Below the pieces are notes generated by a model. It was not told the origin of the DNA and ran no database searches. It saw nothing but the letters and a program-made list of their open reading frames with translations. A stretch of DNA of 64,000 nucleotides from Obrimoposthia wandeli (Eukaryota). Position numbers and translations under genes: made by a program. Below, piece after piece: positions 25,580-35,400 of this stretch. The stretch lies in contig CDROCS010000253.1 of the NCBI GenBank assembly GCA_977020255.1, positions 1,488,001 to 1,552,000 on the forward strand, in the 5' to 3' direction. The first letter of the stretch is position 1. Each line of letters begins with the position of its first letter.

Positions 25580-26453
25580 AAAGTACTAGTTAAGTGGGAA
25601 ACGATGTGGAAAGGCATAGACAGCTAGGAGGTTGGCTTAGAAGCAGCCATCCTTTAAAGAAAGCGTAATAGCTCACTAGTCGAGTCGGTCTGCGCGGAAG
25701 ATGTAACGGGGCTAAACTAGTCACCGAAGCTGCGGATTTGCAATTTATTGCAAGTGGTAGGGAGCGTTCTGTAAGCCGTTGAAGGTGAATTGAGAAGTTT
25801 GCTGGAGGTATCAGAAGTGCGAATGCTGACATGAGTAACGATAAGGGGAGTGAAAAACTCCCCGCCGAAAGACCAAGGTTTCTGTCCCATGTTAATCAGG
25901 GCAGGGTAAGTCGGCCCCTAAGGCGAGGCGGAAACGCGTAGTCGATGGGAAACAGATTAATATTTCTGTACTTCTATATATTGCGAAGGAGGGACGGAGT
26001 AGGCTAGATGAGCACGGCGTTGGTAGTCCGTGTGAAAGATAGTAGGTGGTTGACTTAGGTAAATCCGGGTCTTCATTCAACACTGAGAGTCGAGACGAGT
26101 CACTACGGTGATGAAGTCATTGATGCCATGCTTCCAGGAAAAGCTTCTAAGCTTCAGATATATAGGAACCGTACCCCAAACCGACACAGGTGGTTAGGTA
26201 GAGAATACTAAGGCGCTTGAGAGAACTCGGGTGAAGGAACTAGGCAAAATAGTACCGTAACTTCGGGAGAAGGTACGCTGCTCAACGTTAAACCCTTGCG
26301 GTGTAAGCGAAGAGTAGTCGAAGTAACCAGGTGGCTGGAACTGTTTATTAAAAACACAGCACTGTGCAAAATCGAAAGATGACGTATACGGTGTGACGCC
26401 TGCCCGGTGCCGGAAGGTTAATTGATTCGGTTAGTCCTCGGACGAAGCTGATG

Positions 26454-26548
<95 letters not shown>

Positions 26549-26809
26549 CATGGCCACACTGTCTCCACCCGAGACTCAGTGAAATTGAATTTGCGGTTAA
26601 GATGCCGTATACCCGCGGCTAGACGGAAAGACCCCGTGAACCTTTACTATAGCTTGACAGTGAACATTGCTCCTACATGTGTAGGATAGGTGGGAGGCTT
26701 TGAAACCATGTCGCTAGATGTGGTGGAGCCAATCTTGAAATACCACCCTTGTATGCGTGATGTTCTAACCTAGGGCCCTTATCGGGCTTGGGGACACTGT
26801 CTGGTGGGT

Positions 26810-26852
<43 letters not shown>

Positions 26853-26930
26853 ACGAAGGTTGGCTAAGTACGGTCGGACATCGTACGGTTAGTGCAATGG
26901 CATAAGCCAGCTTAACTGCGAGACAGACAC

Positions 26931-27029
<99 letters not shown>

Positions 27030-27058
27030 ACCGCCCAAGAGTTCATATCGACGGCGGT

Positions 27059-27101
<43 letters not shown>

Positions 27102-27103
27102 TC

Positions 27104-27136
<33 letters not shown>

Positions 27137-27305
27137 TGGTACGCGAGCTGGGTTTAGAACGTCGTGAGACAGTTCGGTCCCTATCTGCCGTGGGCGTTTG
27201 AGAATTGAAGAGGGCTGCTCCTAGTACGAGAGGACCGGAGTGGACGAACCACTGGTGTTCGGGTTGTCATGCCAATGGCATTGCCCGGTAGCTACGTTCG
27301 GAACT

Positions 27306-27336
<31 letters not shown>

Positions 27337-27473
27337 AGGCTTTGAGATGAGTTCTCACTGGGACTTTAAGTCCCCTAAAGGGTCGTTGGAGACTACAACG
27401 TTGATAGGTCAGGTGTGTAAGTGCTGCGAGGCATTGAGCTAACTGATACTAATTGCCCGTGAGGCTTAACCAT
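24582..27473 (+). rRNA. rrl: 23S rRNA, copy 4
   Basis: Full-length near-identical copy. Confidence 0.99.
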
Positions 27474-27637
27474 ACAACACCCAAGTAGTTTTGCTGAAAA
27501 GTGAACTGATAAGTGATTTGTATAAAGACTGACAACTACATAAAATGTAAAATCACGTACTTACGTGTTACTTGAATCCAGAAAACAAAACGATATTTAT
27601 AGCTCATTGAGCAAGCTTTCTAAGATTGTCCCTTTTT

Positions 27638-27755
27638 TGTTTAGCGACAATAGCGCTGTGGCCCCACCTGATCCCTTTCCGAACTCAGAAGTGAAACGCA
27701 GTTGCGCCGATGGTAGTGTGGGAGTTCCCATGTGAGAGTAGGACATTGCTAGACT
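27638..27755 (+). rRNA. rrf: 5S rRNA, copy 4
   Basis: Same as 5S copies 1 and 3. Confidence 0.97.
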
Positions 27756-27767
27756 TCTATTCAGAGA

Positions 27768-27796
27768 AGCCCGTAGCTAACGCTACGGGTTTTTTG
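27768..27796 (+). terminator. rrn terminator (first)
   Basis: agcccgtagc-taac-gctacgggtt followed by a T run. Confidence 0.9.
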
Positions 27797-27808
27797 CTGT
27801 CTGGCATT

Positions 27809-27888
27809 TGAAACGCAACAGCGCGATGGTAGTGTGACTTATGTCGCAGTAAAGCCCATGTGAGAGCGTAGCGCGACATTGCTATACC
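27809..27888 (+). pseudogene. Degenerate 3'-half 5S remnant between the two terminators
   Basis: tgaaacgcaacagcgcgatggtagtgtg-acttatgtcgcagtaaag-cccatgtgagagc..gacattgctatac; shares the 18 nt insert with the remnant at 9927-9973. Confidence 0.6.
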
Positions 27889-27914
27889 TCTAATTTGTGC
27901 TGTGGCACACGAGC

Positions 27915-27942
27915 AGCCCGTTACGAAAGTGACGGGCTTTTT
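27915..27942 (+). terminator. rrn terminator (second)
   Basis: agcccgttac-gaaa-gtgacgggct-tttt; same stem as the junction hairpins but with a T run. Confidence 0.88.
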
Positions 27943-28034
27943 GCTATATGGGGTTTAATAAATTTACAGATCGACTTGCTCTAAAATATACGTTAGTTTA
28001 GTGGTCATACCACTAACAATTCAGAGTACCTGCT

Positions 28035-28856
28035 ATGCCAAGTAATAATACCGAACAAAGAGTAAATCTCGAAATAAGCAACGGGATCGCCTACGTTTGC
28101 TTGAATAGGCCAGATAAATGTAATGCGTTAGATATATTGATGTTTTATGCAATTCGAAAAACTATTAAACGCTTGAAAGCAGATAGAACAATTAGAGCGG
28201 TTATTGTTACAGGTAATGGTGATGACTTTTGTTCAGGTTTAGACATTAAATCGGTAATGTCTTCGCTAAAAGGGCCACTTGAATTACTCTTTAAGCTGTT
28301 ACCTTGGCGAGAAAATCTAGCCCAATATGTATCAACAGGTTGGAGATCAATACCCGCACCTGTAATCATGGTCATCAAAGGCCGCTGTTGGGGAGGAGGA
28401 TTACAAATTGCCTTGGGCGGGGATTTTCGGATATCTACACCTGACGCTTCAATCTCTATAATGGAATCTCGATGGGGTTTAATACCTGATATGGGTGGGA
28501 CGCTTGCCTTAAAAGAATTACTTAGATTAGATAGAGCTAAAGAACTTGCTATGACAGGAGAGGTTATTGAAGGATCACAAGCGCTTCAATACGGCTTAGT
28601 TACCCATGTTGATGATGAACCGTTTGAGAGAGCAATAAAGCTCGCCGAAATGATTTCTCAGCAGTCCCCCGATGCTATCGCAGCAACAAAAAAACTTTAT
28701 AACAAAAGTTGGTGGAGTAAACCTGGACTTGTACTTTTTAGAGAATCTTATTATCAAATAAAAATACTAATTGGTAAAAATCGAGCTATTAAAACTTACA
28801 ATCAAATTAACCAAGGGAAAAAAAATAGAGGTTTCATCAATAGAAAAAATTGGTAG
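28035..28856 (+). CDS. Crotonase / enoyl-CoA hydratase family protein
   Basis: LNRPDKCNAL, FCSGLD, GRCWGGGLQIALGGDFR and WGLIPDMG motifs. Confidence 0.92.
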   Translation: MPSNNTEQRVNLEISNGIAYVCLNRPDKCNALDILMFYAIRKTIKRLKADRTIRAVIVTGNGDDFCSGLDIKSVMSSLKGPLELLFKLLPWRENLAQYVSTGWRSIPAPVIMVIKGRCWGGGLQIALGGDFRISTPDASISIMESRWGLIPDMGGTLALKELLRLDRAKELAMTGEVIEGSQALQYGLVTHVDDEPFERAIKLAEMISQQSPDAIAATKKLYNKSWWSKPGLVLFRESYYQIKILIGKNRAIKTYNQINQGKKNRGFINRKNW

Positions 28857-28943
28857 TTACCACAATAAATCTCGCTCTGAAAAGGATGATTTTTCTGTAT
28901 AGCTTCAACTTCATCCTTATACTCTCCTAATCTTTAGTTTTAT

Positions 28944-28977
28944 TACAAAATCACTTTCTGTACAAAATCACTTTCTG
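28944..28977. repeat. Perfect 17 bp tandem duplication
   Basis: tacaaaatcactttctg x2. Confidence 0.85.
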
Positions 28978-29060
28978 TATATACCAACTTCAAGAGCTTA
29001 ATTAAGTGCTAAGTAAACTATTTCGCTAGCATCAAAGCCTCTTTATCATCTAAATAGTTA

Positions 29061-29117
29061 GTGTCCGTGTTATGTCATACGGACAGTCACGGACATACTA
29101 AGTGTCCGTTCGAACAC
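29061..29117. promoter_or_regulatory. Candidate upstream activator sites for a sigma54 enhancer-binding protein
   Basis: TGTCCG at 29062 and 29103, CGGACA at 29080 and 29090; near-palindrome gtgtccg-tt-cgaacac; 60-120 bp upstream of a -24/-12 promoter. Confidence 0.55.
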
Positions 29118-29178
29118 TATATAAAATCCTATGAATTATTAATCAAATAATTACAGTTACTTACGGATTTTTATTTTA

Positions 29179-29194
29179 TGGCATTGAACCTGCA
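29179..29194 (+). promoter_or_regulatory. sigma54 (-24/-12) promoter
   Basis: TGGCATTGAACCTGCA: GG-N10-GC with correct spacing, 36 nt before the ATG; the operon encodes its own NtrC-family activator. Confidence 0.75.
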
Positions 29195-29230
29195 GTATTA
29201 GGTCATTGTTAGATAACTAAGCAGAATTAC

Positions 29231-30502
29231 ATGATTGAAGGTACAAGTGGACAGGCTGAGGTGATAGCAAATCCTAATCAAATAGCGGTAAAGAAAATAT
29301 TACTGAGCATATTACTACTATGTACTTTGTCTTACGTTACTTTTCCAACGTTATCTCAGTGGTACTCATCAATACCGAACATTGATAATAAAAGCATTAA
29401 AATTGATACCGTTATTCGAGGGGACTTAATTCGTGATGTCGTTGTATCTGGTAAAGCTGTGGCAGCAAATGCACCACAACTTTATAGCACTGAAATAGGC
29501 AAGATAACACTACTAGCAAAACCAGGCGAGGCTGTAGCGTTAAATCAAATAGTTGCACGCTTAGTGAGCCCTGAGTTAGATGCTTTAATTAAGCAACAGC
29601 AATCAACACTAGAGCAGCTAAGCATTAATGCCAATCGTGGAGTATTGGCAGATAAAGAAGCACAACTTGATCTTGAAAGTAACATGAACGCAAGTCAATC
29701 TAAGCTCAATGTGGCTAAGCGTGAATTTCAGCGTGCAGAAATATCATACGGTAAGCAAATAATCAGTGAGGTTGATTGGTTAAAAAGTCAAGATGCAGTA
29801 ACGGATGCAAAACGATTATTTGAGCATGCTAAAAAAAGAGTATCGTTTTCAGTAGAGCGGTTACAATTTGAGAAACAGCATAGAGAGTTTCTAGTACAAA
29901 AAGAAAAGCTCATTTTAGAAGAGTTATTGCGACGTCATGATGAACTAGATATTAAAGCGCCAGTAAAAGGTGTCGTAGGTAATTGGCTTGTTGCACAGAA
30001 AAATACCATTGCAGCAAACACCGCAATTATGACAATAGTCGATTTATCTGAGTACGAAGCAGAATTAAGTGTCCCTGAGTTCTATGCTGATGATCTAGGT
30101 CTCGGTCTAGAGGTTTCAATGAAAATATCGGGTGTTTTCGTTCGTGGTGAAGTTATTGCTATATCACCCGAAGTTAAGGCTAACCAAGTAACCGTAAGAG
30201 CGAAGATAAACAACTCAGATAAAATTCAATTAAGACAAAATCAACGTATTAATGCCCGTATAGAGTTTGAGAAAAAAGAAAGTGTACTTATGGTTAAACG
30301 CGGTGCATTTATGGGTTCTTTAGGGGGTAAGTTTATCTTCAAACTTGTTGAAGGTAACTATGCAGATAAAACAGCGATAACAACCGGAGCAAGTAGTGTT
30401 GAGTATATCGAAATTACTTCGGGTATTGAGCTTGGTCAGCAAGTCATTACCTCGGATTACGCAGATTTCAATAAAGCAGAACAAATTTACCTAAGTGATT
30501 AG
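29231..30502 (+). CDS. Membrane fusion / periplasmic adaptor protein (MacA/HlyD-like)
   Basis: N-terminal TM anchor, long coiled-coil hairpin, IKAPVKGVV lipoyl-like half motif; first gene of an ABC exporter operon. Confidence 0.88.
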   Translation: MIEGTSGQAEVIANPNQIAVKKILLSILLLCTLSYVTFPTLSQWYSSIPNIDNKSIKIDTVIRGDLIRDVVVSGKAVAANAPQLYSTEIGKITLLAKPGEAVALNQIVARLVSPELDALIKQQQSTLEQLSINANRGVLADKEAQLDLESNMNASQSKLNVAKREFQRAEISYGKQIISEVDWLKSQDAVTDAKRLFEHAKKRVSFSVERLQFEKQHREFLVQKEKLILEELLRRHDELDIKAPVKGVVGNWLVAQKNTIAANTAIMTIVDLSEYEAELSVPEFYADDLGLGLEVSMKISGVFVRGEVIAISPEVKANQVTVRAKINNSDKIQLRQNQRINARIEFEKKESVLMVKRGAFMGSLGGKFIFKLVEGNYADKTAITTGASSVEYIEITSGIELGQQVITSDYADFNKAEQIYLSD

Positions 30503-30593
30503 CCTCACAGCATTCACCAATGTCGGTTACATCAATTAAAGAATATCTCACTCAGTGACACTTCAACAAGACAAAACATAAAAGGAAAATACC

Positions 30594-31343
30594 ATGCTAA
30601 AGATGAATAATATTTCTAGAATTTATCAGAGTGATACCATTCAAACGCATGCTCTAAGAGACTTCTCATTAAATGTTAAAGCAGGAGAATTTGTTGCTGT
30701 TACTGGTCCATCGGGTTCAGGTAAATCAACTTTTCTTAATGTAGCGGGTTTACTTGATAACTTTGACCAAGGCCGATATGAATTAGATGGTGTTAGTGTG
30801 CAGGGTCTGAAGGATGATGAACTATCTAGATTAAGAAATGAAAAAATAGGTTTTATCTTTCAAAACTATAACCTTATCCCTGATTACAGTATTTTTGATA
30901 ATGTTGATATGCCTTTACGTTACCGTGGTTTTAGTGCGAGTGAACGAAAGCGAAGGGTTGAGCAAGCACTAGAGAAAGTTGGTTTAGCCTCAAGGTTTAA
31001 ATACCTGCCAAGCCAGTTATCAGGCGGACAACAACAGCGTGTTGCTATTGCTAGAGCACTTGCCGGTGAACCGAAAATATTACTAGCAGATGAGCCAACA
31101 GGTAACCTTGATTCATTAATGGCACGTCAAGTGATGGAGATATTGCATGACCTTAACAAAGGTGGCGCTACTATCATTATGGTAACTCATGATCCGGACC
31201 AAGCACGTGAAGTGAACCGTAATGTACAAGTTATTGATGGTCAGCTTGCTGATTTTAAAGTTTACGCACCACTAGACAGAGCTACTGATACATCAGGCCA
31301 AACTATATCTGCCGCAGTAAGTGAGGAGATGGAAAATGCGTAG
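30594..31343 (+). CDS. ABC transporter ATP-binding protein (MacB/LolD-like)
   Basis: Walker [10 protein letters not shown], signature [14 protein letters not shown], Walker [14 protein letters not shown]-loop VTHD. Confidence 0.96.
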   Translation: MLKMNNISRIYQSDTIQTHALRDFSLNVKAGEFVAVTGPSGSGKSTFLNVAGLLDNFDQGRYELDGVSVQGLKDDELSRLRNEKIGFIFQNYNLIPDYSIFDNVDMPLRYRGFSASERKRRVEQALEKVGLASRFKYLPSQLSGGQQQRVAIARALAGEPKILLADEPTGNLDSLMARQVMEILHDLNKGGATIIMVTHDPDQAREVNRNVQVIDGQLADFKVYAPLDRATDTSGQTISAAVSEEMENA

Positions 31344-32634
31344 CGATAGTCTATTTGTTTATAACCTGACGTTAGCGATGCAGAGCTTTAAGCGTGCGCC
31401 TAGCTTGTATTTTCTAATAATGCTTACCTTGTCTATCGGCGTAGGTGTACTTTGTGCAAACCTTGCTTTAGTCAATTCTATGGCCAGTGATCCAATACCA
31501 GAAAAAAGTGACAAATTATTCCATATAAATATGAATACTTGGCCAGATGATCAACCACCAGATGAGCCCATGCATATCTTGCGCTATCGAGATGCAATGG
31601 CAATCGCGGCATCAGACATACCCAAACGCAGTGCGGTATTTTATGCATCAGGTGTGTATGCACGAGATGCAGAGTCAACAAGTATGACTCGATTTGATTC
31701 AGTGGTCAGAGCAACCACACCTAGTTTTTTTGAACTCACTAATGCCCCTTTTGCTTATGGTGCTGCATTTGAGAAAAGTAGGGGCATGGAAGTTGTTATT
31801 GGAGATGAATTAAATAAAAAAATATTTGCCGGTCAAAACAGTGTTGGTAAAACCTTAGAACTTGATGGTGAGTTGCTAACTATTGTTGGTGTATTAAAAC
31901 CCTGGATATTAAGACCTTTGTTTTATCATGTAACAGAAGGACGTGCTTTCAACTTAACGGATGATATTTATGCACCACTAGAAACAGCAATAGACTTAGG
32001 TTGGTCAATACATGCCAGAAGTTCTTCTGCTGTGAATTATGCAGGTATTGAAGAGACCCGCGATAGGGATGTTTATTACTTACAAGCTTGGATTGAACTA
32101 GAAGATACAAACCAAAGATCAGCAATGCAAAGCTACCTAGACAGTTATAGCCAACAACTTAAAGATGCTGGAGCACATCCTTTAGCAATAAAAAATGAAC
32201 TGCATAACGTTAATGAATGGCTAAAAGTAAAAAAAGTTGTTGATCAAAAGGTACTCGCCTTCACATTAGCTTCTGTATTGTTTTTATCGGTATGTATTTT
32301 TAATGCCAGTAGTTTATTACTCTCACGTTTTCATGCTGCAAAATTTGAAGTGGGTTTACGTCGTGCTATTGGGGCGAGCAATAGGCATATGCTGATGCAA
32401 GGCTTAACTGAAAGTGTGTTATTAGGCCTATTTACTGGTGCGGTCGCGTTAGTATTGAGTTGGTTTTTTCTAAAGTTATCAGTACAGTTTTTACCGCGTT
32501 TAGCCAATATTGCGGTGTTAGAACCGAAATTACTGGTACTCGGCATGTTGCTAGCATTAGTTACCTCCATCGCCAGTGCATTATACCCATTATATCGCGC
32601 TAATCGTTACACCATTTCTGCGGAACTTAAATAA
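31336..32634 (+). CDS. ABC permease (MacB/FtsX type)
   Basis: Start reassigned to ATG 31336 (RBS gaggag, overlaps the upstream stop). TM1, large periplasmic domain, EVGLRRAIGAS motif, three C-terminal TMs. Confidence 0.9.
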   Translation: MRSDSLFVYNLTLAMQSFKRAPSLYFLIMLTLSIGVGVLCANLALVNSMASDPIPEKSDKLFHINMNTWPDDQPPDEPMHILRYRDAMAIAASDIPKRSAVFYASGVYARDAESTSMTRFDSVVRATTPSFFELTNAPFAYGAAFEKSRGMEVVIGDELNKKIFAGQNSVGKTLELDGELLTIVGVLKPWILRPLFYHVTEGRAFNLTDDIYAPLETAIDLGWSIHARSSSAVNYAGIEETRDRDVYYLQAWIELEDTNQRSAMQSYLDSYSQQLKDAGAHPLAIKNELHNVNEWLKVKKVVDQKVLAFTLASVLFLSVCIFNASSLLLSRFHAAKFEVGLRRAIGASNRHMLMQGLTESVLLGLFTGAVALVLSWFFLKLSVQFLPRLANIAVLEPKLLVLGMLLALVTSIASALYPLYRANRYTISAELK

Positions 32635-32654
32635 CTAAAAAATAGGGAAAAACT

Positions 32655-33869
32655 ATGAATATTAAAGCACTACTTAAATCCTTATTGTTAAGAAAATTTA
32701 CCACGGGGTTATTAATCTTACAATTAGCCATAACGTTAGGTTTGTTAATTAATAGTGTTATTTTAGCCGTAGATACTAACAATAAATTGGCACAAAATAC
32801 TGGTTTAGATGCAGAGAATACCCTGATTGTTTCATTGCACCCCACATCAGGAGAATATCGTAATTTAGACTATTATCGATCTATTGTGAGTGAAGACTTA
32901 CAGCAATTAAGTAAGCTTTCAGGTGTTGAAAGCGTATCACTTATTAATCAGTTGCCAATAAATAAAAGAGGCATGTTGGGTAACGTTTATGATCTAGATG
33001 ATCCTGAAATTGTTCATCGAGATAAATACCTACAAGATTCAAAAATATTTATGACCAATGAGGAGCTTGGCAACACGCTAGCATTGGCATTACTTGAAGG
33101 ACGATTGCTAACTAAAGATGATCAGCTTGACTTTGGTAGTGATCAAAATGGTAATGTACTTATTACTGAGTCACTAAAAAAAGCACTCTATGGCGATAGT
33201 TCTGCGCTAGGGCAAGAAACCAATAATGGTCGTATTGTTGGCGTGGTGAAAGACATTATGCTCAACCCAACGATACCTCTAGATAAGCAATACGGTCTTT
33301 TTAGTAATCGAATTATGGAGTTTATATTCACTGGTCGTTATTACTTGTTAAAAGTAAGCGCGGGTCAAATGGAGGCTGTACGTAATAAAGTCAGTGATAC
33401 CATTTTAGCGGTACAAGCCGAGCGAGATATCTTCAGAATTTATACGATGGCAGAGCATATGAAACGTTTTTATCGCCATGACAAAGGTTTAGCCGAATTG
33501 TTTCTCTTACTATGTGGGCTAATGATATTTGTTACTGCTATTAGCAGTTATGCTTACTCACAATTTCATATATCACGTCAGAAAAAATACATTGGTATCA
33601 GACGCGCACTAGGCGCACGTAAAAAAGATATTCTTTTATATGTGCTCACGGAAAACTGGCTAGTATACAGTATTGGTTGTGCGTTAGGTTTGGTGATGGC
33701 TTTAGGATTTAATATATTATTAAGTCAGTATATTAGCTTGAGTAAACCAGATATTATGATGTTTTTATTGGCAAGTGCTGTCATTTTTGTAGCAGGTACT
33801 TTAGCTACTTTGATTCCAGCAATAAAGACCAGTAATATTCCACCAGTGATTGCGACTAGAACCGTTTAG
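32655..33869 (+). CDS. Second ABC permease (MacB/FtsX type)
   Basis: Same topology; IGIRRALGA motif; ends PPVIATRTV. Confidence 0.9.
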   Translation: MNIKALLKSLLLRKFTTGLLILQLAITLGLLINSVILAVDTNNKLAQNTGLDAENTLIVSLHPTSGEYRNLDYYRSIVSEDLQQLSKLSGVESVSLINQLPINKRGMLGNVYDLDDPEIVHRDKYLQDSKIFMTNEELGNTLALALLEGRLLTKDDQLDFGSDQNGNVLITESLKKALYGDSSALGQETNNGRIVGVVKDIMLNPTIPLDKQYGLFSNRIMEFIFTGRYYLLKVSAGQMEAVRNKVSDTILAVQAERDIFRIYTMAEHMKRFYRHDKGLAELFLLLCGLMIFVTAISSYAYSQFHISRQKKYIGIRRALGARKKDILLYVLTENWLVYSIGCALGLVMALGFNILLSQYISLSKPDIMMFLLASAVIFVAGTLATLIPAIKTSNIPPVIATRTV

Positions 33870-34070
33870 AGCATTGCTACGTCCAACAAGGCACTTCGGG
33901 AATGACGATAAGTTAGACTAGAATCGCGATAGGTTAAATAACCGTGTAATTTAGACACTTGCAGAGAGTCGTCATTTTCGAGGTCTCTTGTCGAAGATCC
34001 AGTTCTTAACGTTTGTATTCACGGAAAAATCTTCAATGGTAATCTTTAAAAGTAATGGTAAAGGAACAAA

Positions 34071-35378
34071 ATGCCACAAATATTAGTCGTTGATGATAAC
34101 CCCGATATACTCGAAGCCCTTGAGTTGTTATTAAGTTTGCATGGTTACTCGGTGCTGACGGCTGAAAATGAGAAACAAGCATTATTGGCTGTATCTCATC
34201 AACGTGTTGATTTAGTTATTCAAGATATGAATTTCGCGCAAGGTATTACCTCTGGAAAAGATGGGAAGTCACTATTTACTGCTTTGAAAGCACTAAACAG
34301 TGATTTACCTATCATCTTGATTACTGCGTGGACTCAATTAGAAACCGCTATATCTTTGGTGAAAAGTGGCGCAACTGACTACTTACAAAAACCTTGGGAT
34401 GATGTGAAACTGCTAGATTTAGTGGCCAAATATAGCCGAAGCTCTAAGGTAAGCCAAAATAAGAACAGTCAAAGAAAGATCAATCAAAAACCTGCGGATG
34501 ATTTCATTTATAAAAGCCAAGAAATGCAAACCTTGATATCTCAAGCGAGCAAAGTAGCTGGTGCAAACGTTAATGTATTAATTACCGGAGCTAATGGTGC
34601 AGGCAAAGAAAAGCTTGCCGATTATATTCACCAACAATCACCGCGTTATAACAGTGCTTTTATTAAAGTAAATATGGGGGCTTTACCCCATGACTTAATG
34701 GAAGCAGAACTTTTTGGAGCGGAAAAAGGTGCCTTCACCGGTGCCAATCAAGCGAGGATTGGTCGTTTTGAAGCCGCGGATGGCGGCACATTATTTTTAG
34801 ATGAAATCGCTAATTTAACCTTATCAGGTCAAATGAAATTACTCAGAGTATTGCAAACTGGTGAATTTGAACGCTTAGGGGCTAACGCAACATTGAAGGT
34901 AGATGTGAGAGTACTTAGTGCCACTAATGCTGATTTACGTTTAGCTGTTCAGCAAGGTACTTTTCGGGAAGACTTATATTATAGGTTAAATGTTATAGAG
35001 TTAAACTTACCTGATTTAGCGCGCAGAAAAGCTGATATTGTTCCGCTAGCACAATACTTTATCGGTAATGATTACGCATTGAGTGATGAAACATCACAAG
35101 CATTAACTCATTATAGTTGGCCGGGCAATGTTCGTGAATTAGAGAATGCCTGTAAGCGTGCGTTAGTCTTTGCTAATAGTAACATTTTAGCACCAAGTGA
35201 TTTTCAATTGGGTTTGAGTCAAATAGAACCAGCGTTAGATGAAAAGGAAAATATAGAGCAAGTATTGATTAAGCATAATGGCGTTATCAAACATACGGCA
35301 CTTGAGCTAGGGTTAAGTCGACAAGCTTTATACCGCCGTATAGAAAAATATCAAATAGATGTAGATACCTTATGTTAG
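34071..35378 (+). CDS. sigma54-dependent response regulator (NtrC family)
   Basis: Receiver domain (VVDD, IQDMN); AAA+ domain with GANGAGKE, GAFTGA and GTLFLDEI; C-terminal Fis-type HTH (LGLSRQALYRR). Confidence 0.95.
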   Translation: MPQILVVDDNPDILEALELLLSLHGYSVLTAENEKQALLAVSHQRVDLVIQDMNFAQGITSGKDGKSLFTALKALNSDLPIILITAWTQLETAISLVKSGATDYLQKPWDDVKLLDLVAKYSRSSKVSQNKNSQRKINQKPADDFIYKSQEMQTLISQASKVAGANVNVLITGANGAGKEKLADYIHQQSPRYNSAFIKVNMGALPHDLMEAELFGAEKGAFTGANQARIGRFEAADGGTLFLDEIANLTLSGQMKLLRVLQTGEFERLGANATLKVDVRVLSATNADLRLAVQQGTFREDLYYRLNVIELNLPDLARRKADIVPLAQYFIGNDYALSDETSQALTHYSWPGNVRELENACKRALVFANSNILAPSDFQLGLSQIEPALDEKENIEQVLIKHNGVIKHTALELGLSRQALYRRIEKYQIDVDTLC

Positions 35379-35400
35379 CCGCTATGTTAGTTGAATCCAT

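Noticed and set aside
5388-25885. Single-base indels in conserved rRNA positions (e.g. ~5390, ~8145, ~11252, ~13621, ~14283, ~17380, ~17735, ~19920, ~20100, ~25760, ~25880)
   Set aside because: Each is private to one copy, uncompensated and often in a homopolymer: typical residual sequencing or polishing error, not evidence of rRNA pseudogenes.
4395-27086. Many 60-100 aa ORFs repeated four times (MSPTIRHIPK…, MTGAAWLSS…, MMSRHRGAK…, MYVCGFRF…)
   Set aside because: They lie inside or antisense to 16S/23S rRNA and recur only because the rRNA is repeated.
6725-27473. Intervening sequences or introns in 23S/16S
   Set aside because: All copies are normal length (~1.54 kb and ~2.89 kb) with no insertions.
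4114-27942. Regularly spaced long repeats considered as a CRISPR array, integron cassettes or a mobile element
   Set aside because: The repeats are whole rRNA operons; no short repeat-spacer pattern, cas gene, integrase or transposase is present.
28944-28977. 17 bp tandem duplication as a regulatory or phase-variable element
   Set aside because: Only two copies, in an intergenic region far from the identified promoter; most simply a slippage event.
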